Source: Eledone cirrhosa (taxonomy: Eukaryota). From it: a stretch of 64,000 bases of DNA. Position numbers and translations under genes: made by a program. The first letter of the stretch is position 1; each line of letters opens with the position of its first letter. Below, piece by piece: positions 24,157-36,072 of the stretch. The stretch spans positions 217,062,001 through 217,126,000 of the forward strand of contig OZ024740.1 of the NCBI GenBank assembly GCA_964016885.1. Direction: 5' to 3'. A model generated the notes under the pieces. That model was not told the origin of the DNA and made no database searches. It saw only the letters and a list, made by a program, of their open reading frames with translations.

Positions 24157-24263
24157 AGTCTCTGACGAAATGATGGGGTTAACATGTATTTTAAATTGAG
24201 TGGTACTGCTTCCAGTGTTTAGCAATTTTTAGAAAACTCTATCATTGAAACAATTGTTAGACT
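24157..24263 (+). ncRNA. Type I hammerhead ribozyme with extended stem II
   Basis: AGTCT-CTGACGA-AATGATGGGGTT...AACTCTATCATT-GAAA-C-AATT-G-TT-AGACT: 12-bp stem II base with G-U pairs, palindromic stem III, GUU triplet. Confidence 0.72.
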
Positions 24264-24322
24264 AAATAAATTTCCTTGTTTGTACTGTTGACCATGTTAT
24301 TCTTCACTTTTTCAATTATATA

Positions 24323-26515
24323 TCATCATCATCATCGTTTAACGTCCATATTCCATGCTTGCATGGGTTTGGACGGAAGTTTTCCCACTTGAGGCAAGAG
24401 TGGTTGTCTTGCTCGCCATAGGACTGTCTGGTGGGTTTTCTACGGCTGGATGCCCTTCCTAACACCAACCACATTTACAGTGTGGAACTGGGAGGTTTTT
24501 ACCGTGTTACCTACACGGCCACATTACAGCGTGGACTGTGTGTTTTTTTGTTGTGACACCTACACGACCTCATTTGTTTCGGGCTGGATGTTGTGGTACC
24601 AACATAACTTTACATTGAAAGGGGTGGTGTGAATGGGGTGGGGGTAATGGGACGGGGGGGGGGGGGGTGTATTTTGTTAGAGGTGCCTACTGACTGTAGT
24701 AGGTTTCACTTTGTACTTAGGTAAGGCGGGTCTTCTCTATTACTGTGTAGCGCCAAAGCTCTCGGTCCAGTGACATTGTCTTGGAGAGGTGTAAGTGTGT
24801 GAGGTCGGAATTTATCAAGTCGTCCCAGGTTTTTCTGGGTCTGCCTACTCTGTGGCTACCGTCTATTTTTATTGCCCTGCACTTTTTTATACAGCTGTCG
24901 TCTTTCATGCGCATCACGTGACCATACCAACGTAGCTTTCTCTCAAGTAAACAACATCTGATCCCTCTTATTTCTAATTTTTCCCTTAGTTCGTTTATGC
25001 TTTGCCGTTCACGTATATTACTATTACACATCCAGCGGAGCATGCAAGCTTCGTTCCTCTCCAGTCTGCGTATATCCTCTGCACACAATGCCCAGATCTC
25101 ACCTCCATGTAACATTGCTGTTCGTATGCAGGCATCATACAGCCTGCTTTTCATTTTTAGGGAGAACCCTTTAGCGGCTAATAGTGGTATAAGCTCTCTG
25201 AACTTTTTCAATCCAGTTCTGACTCTAGCTACTGTACTTTCAGATCAGCCTCCCCCACTGCTGATTTTGTCACCCAGGTAACCGAAGCTGTCCACTATTT
25301 CTATAGAACCATCTGTGCAATGGAATGAGCTAGTATTCTGTGGGCACTTGCTGCTACTTATTGCACCAGAGCACCGGCCACATATAAAATCTATGTTCTT
25401 AGTTAGCTTACCTGTGATCCCACTACATCTTTTATGCACCCATACTTTGCATTTGGGACATAAAATGGAGTTTCTACCTACTCTTTTCCTACACACTGAG
25501 CATGGCCATTTCCCGGATGGGACCGGCGCCCTATTTTCATTCCTACAAACTAGAACTTTAGTCTTAGACAGGTTAATTTTAAGGCCTTTTGATTCTAGGC
25601 CATGCTTCCATGTTTGGAATTTCTTCTCTAGTTCGGCCATTGATTCAGCTATGAGCGTTAGATCATCTGCGTATAGGAGTTTCCACGGGCAGCCAGTCTT
25701 GAACTCCACTGTTATAGCCTGAAGGGCGATAATAAATAGTAGGGGGCTAGGAACGGAGCCCTGATGAACACCAACTTTTACGCTAAACTCTTCACTATAT
25801 TCGTTGTTAATTCTAACCTTGCTGACTGTTTCTTTATACATGGCTTGTATAGCTCTCACAAGCCATTCATCAACATCTAGTTTTCTAAGAGCCCACCAGA
25901 TAATGGAACGGGGGACTCTGTCGAAGGCTTTCTCCAAGTCAACAAAAGCTAAGTATAGGGGTTTACTTTTAGCTAGGTACTTCTCCTGTAGTTGTCGTAC
26001 AATGAAAAGAGCGTCTGTGGTACTTTTACCTGACACAAACCCGAACTGCATTTCATCTAGACCAATTCTCTCTCTGATTAGTTGCGCTATTACTTTTTCT
26101 GTGACCTTCATGACCTGGTCGATTAATTTAATGCCTCTATAGTTACTCGTATCTAGGGCATCTCCTTTACCCTTGTAGCAGTTAATGATGATGCTGCTAC
26201 GCCAGTCCTTCGGAACAACCCCATTCTGTATGACTTGGTTTACTATCCAGGTGACCATGGTGTGTCCCACCGTGCCAGATGCCTTCAGCATCTCAGCAAC
26301 TATTTCCGAAGGGCCAGCCGCCTTACCCGTCTTCATATCTTTGATTGCCTTACTTATTATACTACCTTTGACTAACACTGCTGGTCCCTCTATTGGGTCG
26401 ATGTGGGGAAGACTGTCTTTCTCCCATTTATTCTCCTCATTTAGTAGCCTTTCGTAGTGACACTTCCAAGCTACCTTCTTATCAGCGTCAGTGATGGCAA
26501 GTACACCATCATCAT
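24323..26515 (-). mobile_element. RTE-clade LINE family A, 5'-truncated, RT domain with one nonsense codon
   Basis: RT motifs NYRGIKL, QFGF, FVDLEKAFD, GVHQGS, LLYADDL. The in-frame TGA at 25245-25247 splits ORFs 25245-26597 and 24717-25211. 3' UTR and (GAT)n tail present. Confidence 0.95.
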
Positions 26516-26802
26516 TATATATATATATATCATCATCATCATCACCATTATATATATAAAACAAAATGAAACAAGTGGAACAAACAAACAAAAGCATCCA
26601 TCTCCCTCAGCAGCCACCCACAGGGCAATGCAATTTTGTACATAAGGGTGGGATCACATAATATATAGATAGATAGATATATATAGAACATAATATATAG
26701 ATAGATAGATATATATATATATATATAAAATTCATAATTACTATTTTACATACATAGAGATAAAAAAAAAAACCCTGCATATGTGCACACACACACATAC
26801 AT

Positions 26803-26835
<33 letters not shown>

Positions 26836-26974
26836 CTAAAATAACAGATTAAAGTTTAAGCAAAGAATTGCTGCTTTCACCCTTAACAGGATCTTATATA
26901 TATATATATTTTCATATAAATATATATATACACAGTATGAGTGTTGTTGTTTTGAGGAGTGCTGGTTGTATATA

Positions 26975-27022
<48 letters not shown>

Positions 27023-27574
27023 TATTTTTTGTATTTAGCTGCTGACATTTGCTGTTATGTTAGATTCAATCATGAAATCTGCTCATTATTCTGACTCTTG
27101 AAGCTAGTAGTAGTGACCTTACACTAATTTGTTTAGATCAATTGTTAAAGGAACAGAAATTTAGTTTATTTACAACCTCTAGTCTCAATAACATTATAGT
27201 ATAGATAAGTAAACTCGTAGTGGAATGTAAATACATCTGTTTACATTTCTGTTGAACAGTTTTTTTTTCTGTGCAGTCTTGCTTTGTATATCTGAACCAA
27301 AATACTGTTAAAAAATGTCAACAATATATATTTACTTTTCAATCTTAGTTTAGTCATCTTTGAAGTGAAATAAATTCTACAGAGTATATATATATATATA
27401 AGATAGCTTGTTCTTGGGTAGCTTACCAAAAAGGGAAAAAAATGACCTAAATGAATTAATGAAAGGTCAAATTAACAAAGTAAGGATTTTGTGATCAAAT
27501 CTACTGAAACATTAAAGAGTAGAAAACAAAAACAAATATATTTGTGAATACATGTTTGGAACTGGTTATAAATG

Positions 27575-28078
27575 GTGTGTAGATATATGTTAGTGTGTAG
27601 GTATATGTTAGTGTGTAGATATATGTTAGTGTTAGTGTGTAGGTACATGTTAGTGTGTAGGTATATGTTAGTGTGTAGGAACATGTTAGTGTGTAGGTAT
27701 ATGTTAGTGTTAGTATGTAGGTACATGTTAGGGTTAGTGTGTAGGCATATGTTAGTGTTAGTGTGTAGGTACATGTTAGTGTTAGTGTGTAGGTATGTGT
27801 TAGTGTGTAGGTACATGTTAGTGTTAGTGTGTAGGTATGTGTTAGTGTGTAGGTACATGTTAGTGTTAGTGTGTAGGTTTACGTTAGTGTTAGTGTGTAG
27901 ATGTATGTGTTAGTGTGTAGTTATACAAATGTTAGTGTGTAGTTATACAAGTATTAGTGTGTAGTTATGCAAGTGTTAGTGTGTAGTTATGCAAGTGTTA
28001 GTGTGTAGTTATGCAAGTGTTAGTGTGTAGTTATACAAATGTTAGTGTGTAATTATATGCAAGTGTTAGTATGTAGAT
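27575..28078. repeat. 18/24-bp minisatellite built on GTTAGTGTGTAG
   Basis: Seen directly; yields the (LVCRYM)n ORFs. Confidence 0.92.
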
Positions 28079-28494
28079 GTATTGTAAGAGATTGTAGTGA
28101 GACATTGAGAGAAGTAAGATGTGTTGGATGATACACATGTTTGGGATAGAGAATGGTAAGATATATACATTCTCTAATGATTTAGCAGAAAATATTTCAA
28201 AATGGGTTTGTTGATTGAACTGCTTATAGTATCTTTACAAGTGGACAGATCATCATGAATATTTACTGTCAACTAAACTAAAACTAAATGAAACTCAACT
28301 GTTCTTATGTTTTATTGGCAACAGGACCCTCCCAAAGTATAACAGTAAAGTAAAGTAAAGACTTCAATTTTTAATGTGATACAGTCATGGTGTTGTTTAG
28401 TACTTTTCAGAAATGCCTTAAGAGTTAATGTGTAGATATATATATATACAGAAATATATACATACACATATCCAGGATTTACAATGGTTATATA

Positions 28495-28987
28495 TACGAG
28501 GGTTGATTGTAAAGTTCATAGGCTGACCAAGATACTCTCATGGAATGACCAAATGAGGTTTATTTTTTAACATAATCCCTGGAAACAAACAATGTAGTTA
28601 GTAATAAGAAGAGTTGAAATTAATACATGCAATATTTCACGATAGGAATAGAATAGAAATATTATTTACCCAGTATTTTTAAAGAGAAATCATTACAATG
28701 TATCGGATTTAGAAAAAATAGACTTGTGGGTTTAGAATAAAGAGGCTTACTGTAGCACATGCTTAAGTATACATTTCACAAATATTGATAAAAAAACAAA
28801 GTTCCTTCATAGACTGACCAAGATACTCTCATGGAATGACTAAATGAGGTTTATTTTTTAACATAGTCCTTGGAAACAAACAATGTAGTTATTAATAAGA
28901 AGAGTTGAAATTCATACATGCAAGATTTCACAGCTCTAGCATCACTCCTTCATAGTCAGCCTATGAACCTTTCTGCCTACCTTCATA
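28495..28987. mobile_element. Mariner-type MITE with internal duplication
   Basis: Termini TACGAGGGTTGATTGTAAAGTTCATAGGCTGAC and GTCAGCCTATGAACC...TCATA; the body segment occurs twice; same family as 45501-45700. Confidence 0.72.
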
Positions 28988-29304
28988 TAAGATATGAATG
29001 TATTGTAAAGAATGATACAGGTTTGGGAATACTTACAGTTATATGTTCTGTAGTTATATACAAATGTTAATGTGTGGATCTGCGGTTTGTGTTAGGACCC
29101 TGTTGGTTCTTGTTTCAAAACCGCAGCAGCATGCTTATAAAATTCATGTGTAAGTGGCTGAGCATTCCACTGACACATGTACCATTAATATAATTCTCAG
29201 GAAGATTCAGCATGACACACAGTATGTGACAATCTTTCCTGAACTTAGGGGCTTACGATTTTGAGCCAAACGACATAACCACTAAGCAATACTCTTTCAT
29301 TGTT

Positions 29305-29350
<46 letters not shown>

Positions 29351-29474
29351 CATACATGTGTTAAAGCATATATGTATGTGTTAATGTGTAGGTGTATCTG
29401 TCTTAATGTACGGATATATACAAAACACTATGTATATATATACATATATATATATGTATATTTATATATATATG

Positions 29475-29523
<49 letters not shown>

Positions 29524-29560
29524 ATATATACATATATATATATGTGTATATATATATGTG

Positions 29561-29595
<35 letters not shown>

Positions 29596-29598
29596 GTG

Positions 29599-29655
<57 letters not shown>

Positions 29656-29945
29656 GTCCAGGCCGAAACAAATGAGATCGTGTAGGTGTCACGACAAAAA
29701 AACACAGTTCACGCTGTAATGTGGCCGTGTAGGCAACACGGTAAAAACCTCCCAGACCCACACTGTAAATGTGGTTGGTGTTAGGAGGGGCATACAACTG
29801 TAGAAAACCTGCCAGACAGTCCTATGCGAGCAAGACAATCACTCTTGTCTCAAGTGGGACTACCCCCGTCCAAACCCATGCAAGCGTGGAACACGGGACG
29901 TTAAACATTGATGATGATGTATATATATATATGTATATATATATG

Positions 29946-29978
<33 letters not shown>

Positions 29979-30167
29979 GTATATATATATGTATGTATAT
30001 ATATATATCTATATATATATATGTATATATATATATGTATATATATATATCTATATATATATGTATATATATATATGTATATATATATATGTATATATAT
30101 ATATGTATATATATATGTATATATATATATGTATATATATATGTATATATATATGTATATATATATG

Positions 30168-30198
<31 letters not shown>

Positions 30199-30348
30199 GT
30201 ATATATATATGTATATATGTATATATATATGTATATATATATGTATATATATATGTATATATATATGTATATATATATGTATATATATATGTATATATAT
30301 ATATATGTATATATATATGTATATATATATGTATATATATATATATAT
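29305..30348. repeat. Long (TA)n/(TATG) microsatellite field containing an RTE-A 3' fragment (29657-29918, +)
   Basis: Seen directly; the fragment is near identical to 31746-32005. Confidence 0.92.
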
Positions 30349-32010
30349 AGCTTTTGACGACTTGGAGAAAGCCTTCGACAGAGTCCCCCACTCCATTATC
30401 TGGTGGGCTCTTAGAAAACTAGGCGTTGACGAATGGCTTGTGAGGGCTATACAAGCCATGTATAAAGAAACAGTCAGCAAGGTTAGAATTAACAACGAAT
30501 ATAGTGAAGAGTTTAGCGTAAAAGTTGGCGTCCATCAGGGCTCTGTTCTCAGCCCCCTACTATTTATTATTGCCCTTCATGCTATAACAGAGGAGTTCAA
30601 GACAGGCTGCCCATGGGAACTCCTATACGCAGACGACCTGACACTCATAGCGGAATCAATGGCCGAGCTAGAGAAGAAATTCCAAACATGGAAGCACGGC
30701 CTAGAGTCAAAAGGACTTAAAATTAACCTGGCTAAGACCAAAGTTCTAGTTTGTAGGAAAGAAAACAAGGCGGCGGTCCCTTCTGGGAAATGGTCGTGCT
30801 CGGTGTGTAGGAAAGGCGTAGGTAGAAACTCCATTTTATGTCCTAAATGCAAAGTATGGGTGCATAAAAGATGTAGTGGGATCACAGGTAAGCTAACTAA
30901 GAACATAGATTTTACATGTGGCCGGTGTTCTGGTGCAATAAGTAGCAGCAAGTGCCCACATACTAGCTCTTTCAATTGCGCAGAGGGTTCTATAGAAATA
31001 GTGGACAGCTTCCGTTACCTGGGCGATAAAATCAGCAGTGGGGGAGGGTGCTCTGAAAGTACAGTAGCTAGAGTCAGAACTGGTTGGAAAAAGTTCAGAG
31101 AGCTTATACCACTATTAGCTGCTAAAGGGTTCTCCCTAAAAATGAAAGGCAGGTTGTACGATGCCTGCATACGAACAGCAATGTTGCATGGCAGTGAGAC
31201 CTGGGCATTGTGTGCAGAGGATATACGCAGACTAGAGAGGAACGAAGCTTGCATGCTCCGCTGGATGTGTAACAGTAATATACGTGAACGGCAAAGCATA
31301 AACGAACTAAGGAAAAAATTAGAGATAAGAGGGATCAGATGTTGTTTACTCGAGAGAAGGCTACGTTGGTATGGACACGTGATGCGCATGAAAGTCGATA
31401 GCTGTATAACAAAGTGCAGGGCAATAAAGATAGACGGTAGCCACGGAATAGGCAGACCCAGAAAAACCTGGGACGAGCTGATAAACTCCGACCTCACACA
31501 CTTACACCTCTCCAAGACAATGTCACTGGACCGAGACCTTTGGCGGTACTCAGTAACAGAGAAGACCCGCCTTACCACCGAGACCTTTGGCGGTACTCAG
31601 TAACAGAGAAGACCCGCCTTACCTAAATATATAGTAAAACCTACTCCAGCCAGTAGGCATCTCTAACAAAATACACCCCGTCCCACCACCCCCACCCCAT
31701 CCACACCACCCCGTTCTATGTAAAGTTATGTTGGTGCCGCGCCATCCAGGCCGAAACAAATGAGATCGTGTAGGTGTCACGACAAAAAAACACACAGTCG
31801 ACGCTGTAATGTGGCCGTGTAGGCAACACGGTAAAAACCTCCCAGACCCACACTGTAAATGTGGTTGGTGTTAGGAAGGGCATCCAACTGTAGAAAACCT
31901 GCCAGACAGTCCTATGCGAGCAAGACAATCACTCTTGCCTCAAGTGGGACTACCCCCGTCCAAACCCATGCAAGCGTGGAACATGGACGTTAAACGTTGA
32001 TGATGATGAT
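30349..32010 (+). mobile_element. RTE-clade LINE family A, 5'-truncated young copy
   Basis: Open frame from [10 protein letters not shown] through LLYADDL to a stop at 31603; 3' UTR; (GAT)n tail; embedded in (TA)n. Confidence 0.95.
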
Positions 32011-32083
32011 ATATATATATATGTATATATATATGTATATATATATGTGTATATATATGTATATATATATATGTATATATATG

Positions 32084-32115
<32 letters not shown>

Positions 32116-32153
32116 TATAAATATATGTATATATATATATATGTATATATATG

Positions 32154-32218
<65 letters not shown>

Positions 32219-32889
32219 CTCACATACTTGTGAAAAATATATGTTTATATATACATGTATATGTATGTATACACATATATTTGTATACCTCCCATTATTG
32301 TCTCTAACTCCCTCACGGTAGAGTAACCACGAAAGTATAGTGACTGCTTTCAAGCAAACACTATATACACTTCTAGTCAACCTTACCACCCTTCTGTAGC
32401 CTATGTATCATATCAACAACTCCCTCCGCCTCCTGAGATATTTTCACTGCTACAAGGGATTAATCCCCTTTCTTGACCGGTGTATCACGTGATAGAGTCT
32501 CCCTCTGCCTTTCTGAGATTTTCTCGCATGCTATGGACGTATGTAGTTAGGGCTCTTCCTTGAGGTGCTCTCTTGGTAAGCTGGCTTACCTCACAACAAT
32601 GTTACATATCTATGATATAACATTTTTGCATAGTGACCAGCGAAACTGTAGTCGGGACTAAAGAAAAAATAGGTATATTGTATCTATTATTCCTTTTTAT
32701 AATATTTTATATATATATATATATATATTTGTGTGTAGATCTATACAGTTATTAATGTGTAGATGAACGCATGTGAAGATCATTTAAAACAGACTGTGAA
32801 GAAGACCAACATCACCTCAAAATCTAGGAGAGCAAACAGAAGATTACTGCAGAATTGTTTCTTCAACAAAAATATTGCCTAAAGAGGAC

Positions 32890-33406
32890 AATACAATATA
32901 GATATTATATAGATAAAATATGGAAACAATATAGATGCTATATAGATACAATATGGAAACAATATCAAAACAATATAGATGCTATATAGATACAATATGG
33001 AAACAATATCAAAACAATATAGATGCTATATAGATACAATATGGAAACAATATAGATACAATATGGAAACAATATAGATGCTATATAGATACAATATGGA
33101 AACAATATAGATACAATATGGAAACAATATAGATGCTATATAGATACAATATGGAAACAATATAGATACAATATGGAAACAATATAGATGCTATATAGAT
33201 ACAATATGGAAACAATATAGATGCTATATAGATACAATATGGAAACAATATAAATGCTATATAGATACTATATAGATACAATATCAAAACAATATAGATG
33301 CTATATAGATACAATATGGAAACGATATAGATACTATATAGATACAATATCAAAACAATATAGATACAATATCAAAACAATATAGATGCTATATAGGTAC
33401 AATATC
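32890..33406. repeat. AT-rich minisatellite (ATATAGATACAATATGGAAACA with ATATAGATGCT subunits)
   Basis: Seen directly. Confidence 0.9.
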
Positions 33407-33555
33407 ACTACAACAGTTTGAATGAGTTGAGGTGTATAACCCAACAAAACTTAAGCACCTGTATATGTCACTGTTTTAACTAATTATGCTTTACTCGTCC
33501 TATGGACTGAGTGCTTTTGCCCTTGGACATTTCTACTAAACTTGTACTACAGTAT

Positions 33556-33917
33556 ATCATCATCATCATTTTACGTTCGCTTATCCCTGCTTGCAAGGGT
33601 GGGACGGGAACTGATTCTGGCTTGATTTCTACAGCTGGATGCCCTTCCTAACACCAACCTCATTTACAGTGAGTGCTGGGTGCTTTTTTGCCGTGGCACC
33701 TCCATGACAATCTTTACAGTGGAATGATAGGGACCCCAGTCCTTATCATCTCATTTCTACAGCTGAGTAAACTGGAGCAATGTGAAATAAAGTGTCTTGC
33801 TCAAGGAAACAACAGCAAGACACTTTATTTTACATTGCTCCAGTTTACTCAGCTGTAAAAATGAGATGATAGGGACTGGGGTCCATATCATTCCACTGTA
33901 AAGGTGGTCGTGGAGGC
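33556..33917 (-). mobile_element. tRNA/CORE-like SINE, headless, with a foldback inversion
   Basis: Runs on the minus strand from tail to CORE, then 33814-33916 repeats 33699-33801 inverted. Confidence 0.82.
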
Positions 33918-33936
33918 AAAAATATATATATATATA

Positions 33937-34115
33937 ATTGTTTCTACTTTAGGCACAAGGCCAGCAAATAACCCAGTGCATTACTGGTATTTTATTTTAT
34001 CGACCTCGTAAGGATGAAAGGCAAAGTAAACCTCGGCGGGATTTGAACTCAGAATGGCAAGGGACGTAACTCTATGCGTCAAAGCATGGCATCCGACTCT
34101 CTACCGATACTAATA
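33937..34115 (-). mobile_element. SINE family 2
   Basis: Reverse complement of 51045-51230. Confidence 0.85.
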
Positions 34116-34379
34116 ATAATAATGAGTTGATGGACCCAGCATATTTATCAATGTCAGGACCGGTTGTATCTCAGTGTACTCAATAGGCAATATATATATA
34201 TATATACAGAGAGAGAGAGAAAGAAAGAGAGTCTGTGGACCTGAGACAAGGGTGATCACTAATCATGGGAGTACTCAATGCATGGGAGGTGCAAAGTGTG
34301 TATAGAGATATGTAAAATCCTAGCTAAGTTCTTCTGAACACACAAGCTGAAACTGCTTGCTGCTGTAGTCTGGATTTTA

Positions 34380-34465
<86 letters not shown>

Positions 34466-34467
<2 letters not shown>

Positions 34468-34755
34468 CTTTTACCTGTTCCAGCCATCTGGCTGAGGCCA
34501 TGCTGGGGCACTGCCCTTGTTGCTTCACTTTCTACACCCAGCCTGCATTGGCTGGCCATTGATGTAGGAGGGAGTTTGTTGCTGCTGCCCTTAGGTTATC
34601 TTCATTCTGTGCTTTGGGTTCACCTAGGATCTTGGATAGCAGAGTGTCAAGATGTTTCTTGAAAACATCCACGTCCACACCATGTAGACCTTTCAAATTT
34701 CTTGGCAGCTTATTAAAAAGTTGGGAGCCTTTGAACCCCAGGCTATTGCAATACA
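34466..34755 (-). mobile_element. CR1/Jockey-group LINE 3' end
   Basis: YCNSLGFKGSQLFNKLPRNLK...VFKKHLDTLLSKILGEP...RAAATNSL is a typical LINE ORF C-terminus, followed by a short 3' UTR. Confidence 0.75.
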
Positions 34756-34882
34756 TGCATATATATATTTTCAATAAATTCCAATATTCATAATTAAAAT
34801 CATTATTCCTGTATGTTTTGCTCCATAATTTGCTTATAGAATGTTTTGTATGATCTGAAATTAGATGTTTATTTCTTTATAG

Positions 34883-34970
34883 ACATCTGAACTCTGAGCA
34901 TCAGTTAGATGATAGAAGTACAGCGCAGGCACGAGTTCAAATGCAGGTTGTTAGCCAACTTGAAATACAG
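34883..34970 (+). CDS. FoxP: FoxP coding exon C ([30 protein letters not shown]), end of zinc finger and start of leucine zipper, 88 nt
   Basis: Acceptor tttctttatAG, donor CAG|GTAATG. Completes the split AA|A Lys codon. Near identical to [33 protein letters not shown]. Absent from the ORF track. Confidence 0.97.
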
Positions 34971-36072
34971 GTAATGTCTTCTTTTTTTAATGCCAATATG
35001 TTGGGTTAAGATGTATAAACATCTTTTGGGACACATCAAAAGAAAACTTGATATGCTTGAGTGATTCTAGCGTTTTTAGGTCACAGTTCTATGATTCTGT
35101 CATGAAAATTTGGAAATTGTAGTGAAAGCTATAATTGTTATCGTAATACTTTCTAGATAATATTTATAATAAAAAGATAATCGGATCTATAGTAGCCCAT
35201 CTAAGGAAAGAGCCCTGCAAGATGAGGTGGTTGTTGCAGCAGGTGTCACTGGCCATCGTCTGCAGAAATCCCTTTGTCATTTTGTTCGCAGGGTGTAGCC
35301 AAAACACCACTCTGACCTTGGTGTAGACTCTGTCACCTTGTCTCCTTCCTCCTTTCTTCCTTCCTTTGCCTAGTGATCCTTGTTCTTTCCCTCCTTTTCC
35401 TCCCATTTATGGCATTTATAGTCCTTTCCAATGTTGCTTTCTTTTCCTGTATGTTTGACCAATTTATAGTAATGTCCGATATATTTTAATTTTCTTCCTG
35501 TTATGCTGTCAAATAAATTTTTCTGAGTTTAAAAAAAAACACAGTTTCAAATTATTTTGAAATAAGAATCTGTATAAATTTAGTAATGTAACTTTCTCAT
35601 TATTAAGTTAATGTTCATAGTATAACTTAACAAAGGTTTGTATCATTAAATTATGATGAAAGGTGTTTAGATGAATAAAAAGACTTTAAAACAAAGTTTT
35701 GTCTCATAAAACCAAGGACAAATTCATGCAGATTGGTATCAAAAGGGTTGAGTATTAGTGATTTTTTGCAAACCTCAAGCTGTTCTTAGGAATATTGTTA
35801 ACATTGATTACTCTTTCTACTAATTTTCATCCTTTAACTGTGTTTGTCCCCTCTTTTAAGGTTCTACTCCAGTATTTTCTTTCCTTATGGAACTTTGCCT
35901 TCTTCCTTCCCTGATGAATATAAACTTTATTCTGATCATTTTCTGTAGCAACATTTCATTAGAATTAGTAACAACATTTCATTAGAATTTTCTTTTTTAT
36001 CTCTTTATTTGTAACCCCTAATAAATTGAGTGGTTACTAGGGTGGTTGTTGTGTTACTGGTTACTTATTTAA

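Larger units (their letters stand above)
23867..24316. mobile_element. Palindromic element 3 (arms about 23867-24049 and 24136-24316)
   Basis: About 180-bp inverted arms, each with a hammerhead motif and AATAAA; spacer includes (AAAAATAT)n. Confidence 0.75.

Noticed and set aside
24997-26457. Antisense ORFs over the RTE copies (also 30577-31578 and 62957-63898)
   Set aside because: Shadow frames of LINE coding sequence, with no independent evidence.
29993-30348. N-terminal YI-rich part of the 536-aa ORF
   Set aside because: (TA)n microsatellite fortuitously in frame with a 5'-truncated LINE.
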